In this document: positions 60,840-64,000 of the stretch, one piece after another
How the letters are laid out: the number at the start of each line of letters is the position of its first letter
Numbering within the stretch: position 1 is the first letter of the stretch
Source of the DNA: Dudresnaya verticillata
Lineage: Eukaryota
NCBI GenBank assembly: GCA_977862235.1
Contig: OZ374559.1
Location: 682,001-746,000 of the forward strand
Length of the DNA stretch: 64,000 nucleotides
Direction of reading: 5' to 3'
The notes under the pieces: model-generated
Database searches by the model: none
Seen by the model: the letters and a program-made list of their open reading frames with translations, nothing else
What the model was told of the DNA's origin: nothing
Position numbers and translations under genes: made by a program

Positions 60840-61505
60840 TCATGCTAAAAAGAACGGTCCCCCAGAGCACTCTCTATCTGGCGTACTGCTAGCGCAAGAT
60901 TCCAAGAACGCTCGGTCCGCATTCGAAACGCGGTTCCACTCTCTTACAACGAGACACTGGCTAACCGACAGCGGTCTGCCACCAGGCGACATGAGCAAAT
61001 AAACGACACCAACCTTGAGCACGACACCACATCCAGCCTTCAAATCCGCCATACTCACAACCTTCGTGACGCGCCGAGCACGGCCCTTGAAAATCCTCGT
61101 CACAACAACCTTGTACACAACCTTGCCCTCGCGCCGCGGGCACGGCGGGCAGCACCGCGGCCGGCGCAGCCACACCGCGCGCTGCAGCCGCACCAGCGCA
61201 GGCCCCGGCGGCGCGGACGCCGGCAGGCACGGCAGGCACGGCGGGCCGCTCGGCGGAGACGGCAGCGGCGCGGGCGGCGGCCGCGACACGACGCGCACGA
61301 CCGTCGCCTTGAGCACGACGGCCGATTCGCGGAACGAGCGGCGGAACGGCGACCCGGGCCGGTACACCGGCGACACGGTGCAAAAGCAGAATGAGAAGCA
61401 CGTCGGCGACCGCAGCGCGGGCGTCGGGCCCAGCGCGGCTTCGGTACTGCTGGCGAGCAGCGCCAGCGCCAGCAGCGCCAGCATTGCGCGGCGCATTGTT
61501 TGCAT
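60840..61505 (-). CDS. Secreted TIMP/netrin(NTR)-like domain protein with a Pro/Cys-rich insertion
   Basis: Signal peptide; CFC..FRESAVVLKATVV..YKVVVTRIFKG..CGVVL..YLL..VSQC follows the TIMP N-domain pattern. Confidence 0.7.
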   Translation of the reverse strand: MQTMRRAMLALLALALLASSTEAALGPTPALRSPTCFSFCFCTVSPVYRPGSPFRRSFRESAVVLKATVVRVVSRPPPAPLPSPPSGPPCLPCLPASAPPGPALVRLQRAVWLRRPRCCPPCPRREGKVVYKVVVTRIFKGRARRVTKVVSMADLKAGCGVVLKVGVVYLLMSPGGRPLSVSQCLVVREWNRVSNADRAFLESCASSTPDRECSGGPFFLA

Positions 61506-62324
61506 GGTTTGGGGGGGTGTTGCGCGGTTGCTCTGCTCACAGCGAGGAGTGGTTGATCGGGGGTTTCAAGGTGGCGCGTTGGATGCGATGGGGGCCAAGG
61601 AGCTGCTTCGGGACGCGGGAACGGGAGGCACTTAACGGTGTTGGGAGGGGGCAGAAGGTGTGCCAGTCTTGTCGGTGTGCTGGCCATGACGAGCGAGCTT
61701 GCCGCCGCGTTTCGATGAATATCGGCAGGAAACGTGGGGCGCGCGCAGGCTGTCGAGAGGTCTTCGCATCTCAGAATTGCGGCTAATAACAGCTTTGACC
61801 GGCTGATTGGTCGAGCGCATTTGCGTCACGGCTGGCAACAGCCAACAAGTCCCTTCTTCAGCGCCCTTCTCGGCCATGCGCAGAAAAGCTCATTCTGCTC
61901 ATCTGCCTCCACAATAGGGTTTCAAGATGTTTGCTCCAAGTCACAGACAACACTGGTTTGACCCCACCTCCCCACTGCCGATATCATCTGCACATGATAC
62001 CTGCATGTCCTGAGTCTGACTTCTCGACCAGCAGACATTATTTCCAATCTTGGGAGCTCTCTTTTCAAGAAGGGGGCCATTATTCTGAATGGTAATACTT
62101 GTGAGACAGGTGCAATTGCTTAGGCGAACTCTCGGCCACAAACTGCGTTGATGACAGAAAGGTTTCCCAAAGCCTTGTTAAGACAACAGGAATACGCATT
62201 CGTAGGTTCTGGTTGTGCAACACCGTTTCTTTCCGTGTGAAGATTCAAACTTGCGCCCAAAATCCAGATTAGTGGTCAAGTTCATCTGGCAACAATGTGT
62301 ACGGAGAGTTGTCTGATAGTTCAT

Positions 62325-62493
62325 CATCATCATCATCATCATCACAACTTTATTGAAGCAAGACGAACAGCGGAAACCCTAATGACTTAGCCGCTGATAA
62401 CTACTGGAAGGCCTGGACTAACGGGACGTCGACGATTCACGGCGAGGGCGGTGAGCTGGAGAATGCGGGAAACCAGTGGTGAAACTAACGATA
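62325..62493 (-). mobile_element. Short 3' fragment of family B with a (GAT)n tail
   Basis: Similar to about 14436..14602; TSD ATAGTTCAT at 62316..62324 and 62494..62502. Confidence 0.88.
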
Positions 62494-63173
62494 ATAGTTC
62501 ATTGAAAATACTAATCTCAGCCAGTTTGTCTGCTTACATACCTGTACAAGACAGCGACCTCACTATTGAAGTTCACAGTTTTAGCGACAACTGTGCCAGC
62601 AGCAGTTGCAGCACAAAAAGGCCTTGTCCTTTTGCACGTGATCCACTCCAGTTGGACCAACTTTTTTTAATGGTTGCATGTGCGAATGGATGCCGATATT
62701 GTTCCTTCACCCATGCCTTCACTCATGCCTTCCCTCGCCTCGAGGGGACCCTTGCAAATGCGCAATTCGGAATGCGAGGATTTTTAGAGCACATACCGTG
62801 ACATCCGCTACGTTGCTAGTGGCATGCTGGCGGCTCCAACACGAGTTCTTTCTCGCCTTGTTGATCCTAGCTTGGAGCACTATTGCACAATACGGGGGTA
62901 AAATCTGCCAAGTAGGAATGTGCAGCCACGGCACGGCTCCCTCTTGAATGCCAGTGTTTTGTTGCGTTTCTTTTTTCATACGCTTAGAAATGGCGCTATA
63001 GCCTAAGGGCTCTTAAACAGTTTGTTCAGCTCGTTTGATACGTCATTTTCGTATCATGCTTCGGTTTGAGCTTCTTCCAACTCGACGAGATCAGTTCGGA
63101 ATTCACGGTTCGCGTGTGTCTCAGCCCTTGGGAATGTCTCATTCTTGTTGCAAATTGATATTGGGGTTTACTT

Positions 63174-63346
63174 CTAAGCGCTACGCAGAGACGTTAGCCT
63201 ACGTTCTGTAGCTTGAAGCTGAGACGTTAGCCTATGTTCTGTAGCTTGAATCCAAGAAGTTTGACTCTAAGCGTTACACAGAGACGATAGCCTACGTTCT
63301 GTAGCTTGAAGCCAAGACGTTAGCCTATGTTCTGTTGCCTGAAGCC
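63174..63346. repeat. Nested tandem repeat: a 33-bp unit four times, arranged as a duplicated ~103-bp block
   Basis: Units like GAGACGTTAGCCTACGTTCTGTAGCTTGAAGCT; CTAAGCG opens both halves. Confidence 0.85.
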
Positions 63347-64000
63347 GTTTTTATGTGTAGCTTGTAGCTGTTCCGTTATACTAATTTGAGCACTCGCTCT
63401 CCAGCACTTCCAATGTGGTAGATAAGGGATGGCTGAGACGCGTGAGAAGAGAATGAAGGACATCGACAACAACATCGAGAAGCTATCGCAACATTCTCAC
63501 TTCCCGAATAGGATCAAATTGCTACAACGCGAACCTTGCTGCAACGGGAACCTGTTGGACTACCAGAACGCTGCAGAAACCTTGCGTTCTTGTAGTACTA
63601 GATAGTCGAACTAGAAGAAAACCAGAGTTCGAAGCAACGTCACGCGCCATCTCGGAAAGCAAAATCACCCTTAATGACACTCATATCTTATTTTGTATCT
63701 TTATTCTTGTGTTGCTGCAGTTGTGATCTTGAAAATTTCCTCATGATGACCTGTCTGTGTTTGTTACATACCATATATCTTAGATATTGGAGGTTTGCTG
63801 TTGTACGTCTGTAAAAATCTAGACACAGCTCAAGGTTGCGTTCTGGCTGGCTGTCGTTTCAGCAGGCGTTCATTCCGTGCTGCAATTCTTGTGACTATTT
63901 CCCTGTTCTAAGGTGATGACTGATGTATAGAACTAACTCATGACACAGATTGACTCTGACAAATGACACGACGGGTATCTTTTTCTGAAAAGGGCTGGCA

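Noticed and set aside
63174..63346. CRISPR-like array (33-bp repeats)
   Set aside because: Units are mostly adjacent without unique spacers, there are no cas genes, and the context is eukaryotic.

Overview
Eukaryotic nuclear DNA, probably from a red alga. This is inferred from the compact, intron-poor genes, the secreted vWA and Cys-rich proteins, and the CRE- and DIRS-type retroelements. The first 19.2 kb is a nested palindrome around UAP56/DDX39, a DECD-box helicase. Two almost identical inverted arms (1..5797 and 13394..19190; one mismatch noticed) each carry a complete two-exon UAP56 gene plus retroelement fragments. The spacer between the arms holds a 5'-truncated DIRS tyrosine-recombinase retrotransposon and a third, partial UAP56 copy. 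It also holds the 5' part of a full-length two-ORF CRE-like RT/RLE retrotransposon (13-bp TSD, TAATG stop-start junction) that runs on into the right arm. An older inverted duplication underlies this structure: its inner ~90 bp has diverged while its outer part is identical. A very GC-rich gene island (~28.7-34.6 kb) contains a strongly divergent histone H4 variant, a Cys-repeat secreted protein and a hypothetical gene. The remainder is mostly degenerate repeat DNA, including many CRE 3' fragments with (GAT)n or (TC)n tails. Scattered through it are secreted-protein genes: a paralogous 8-Cys pair, another small Cys protein, a double-vWA protein and a TIMP/NTR-like protein. All calls were made by eye; no database searches were run.
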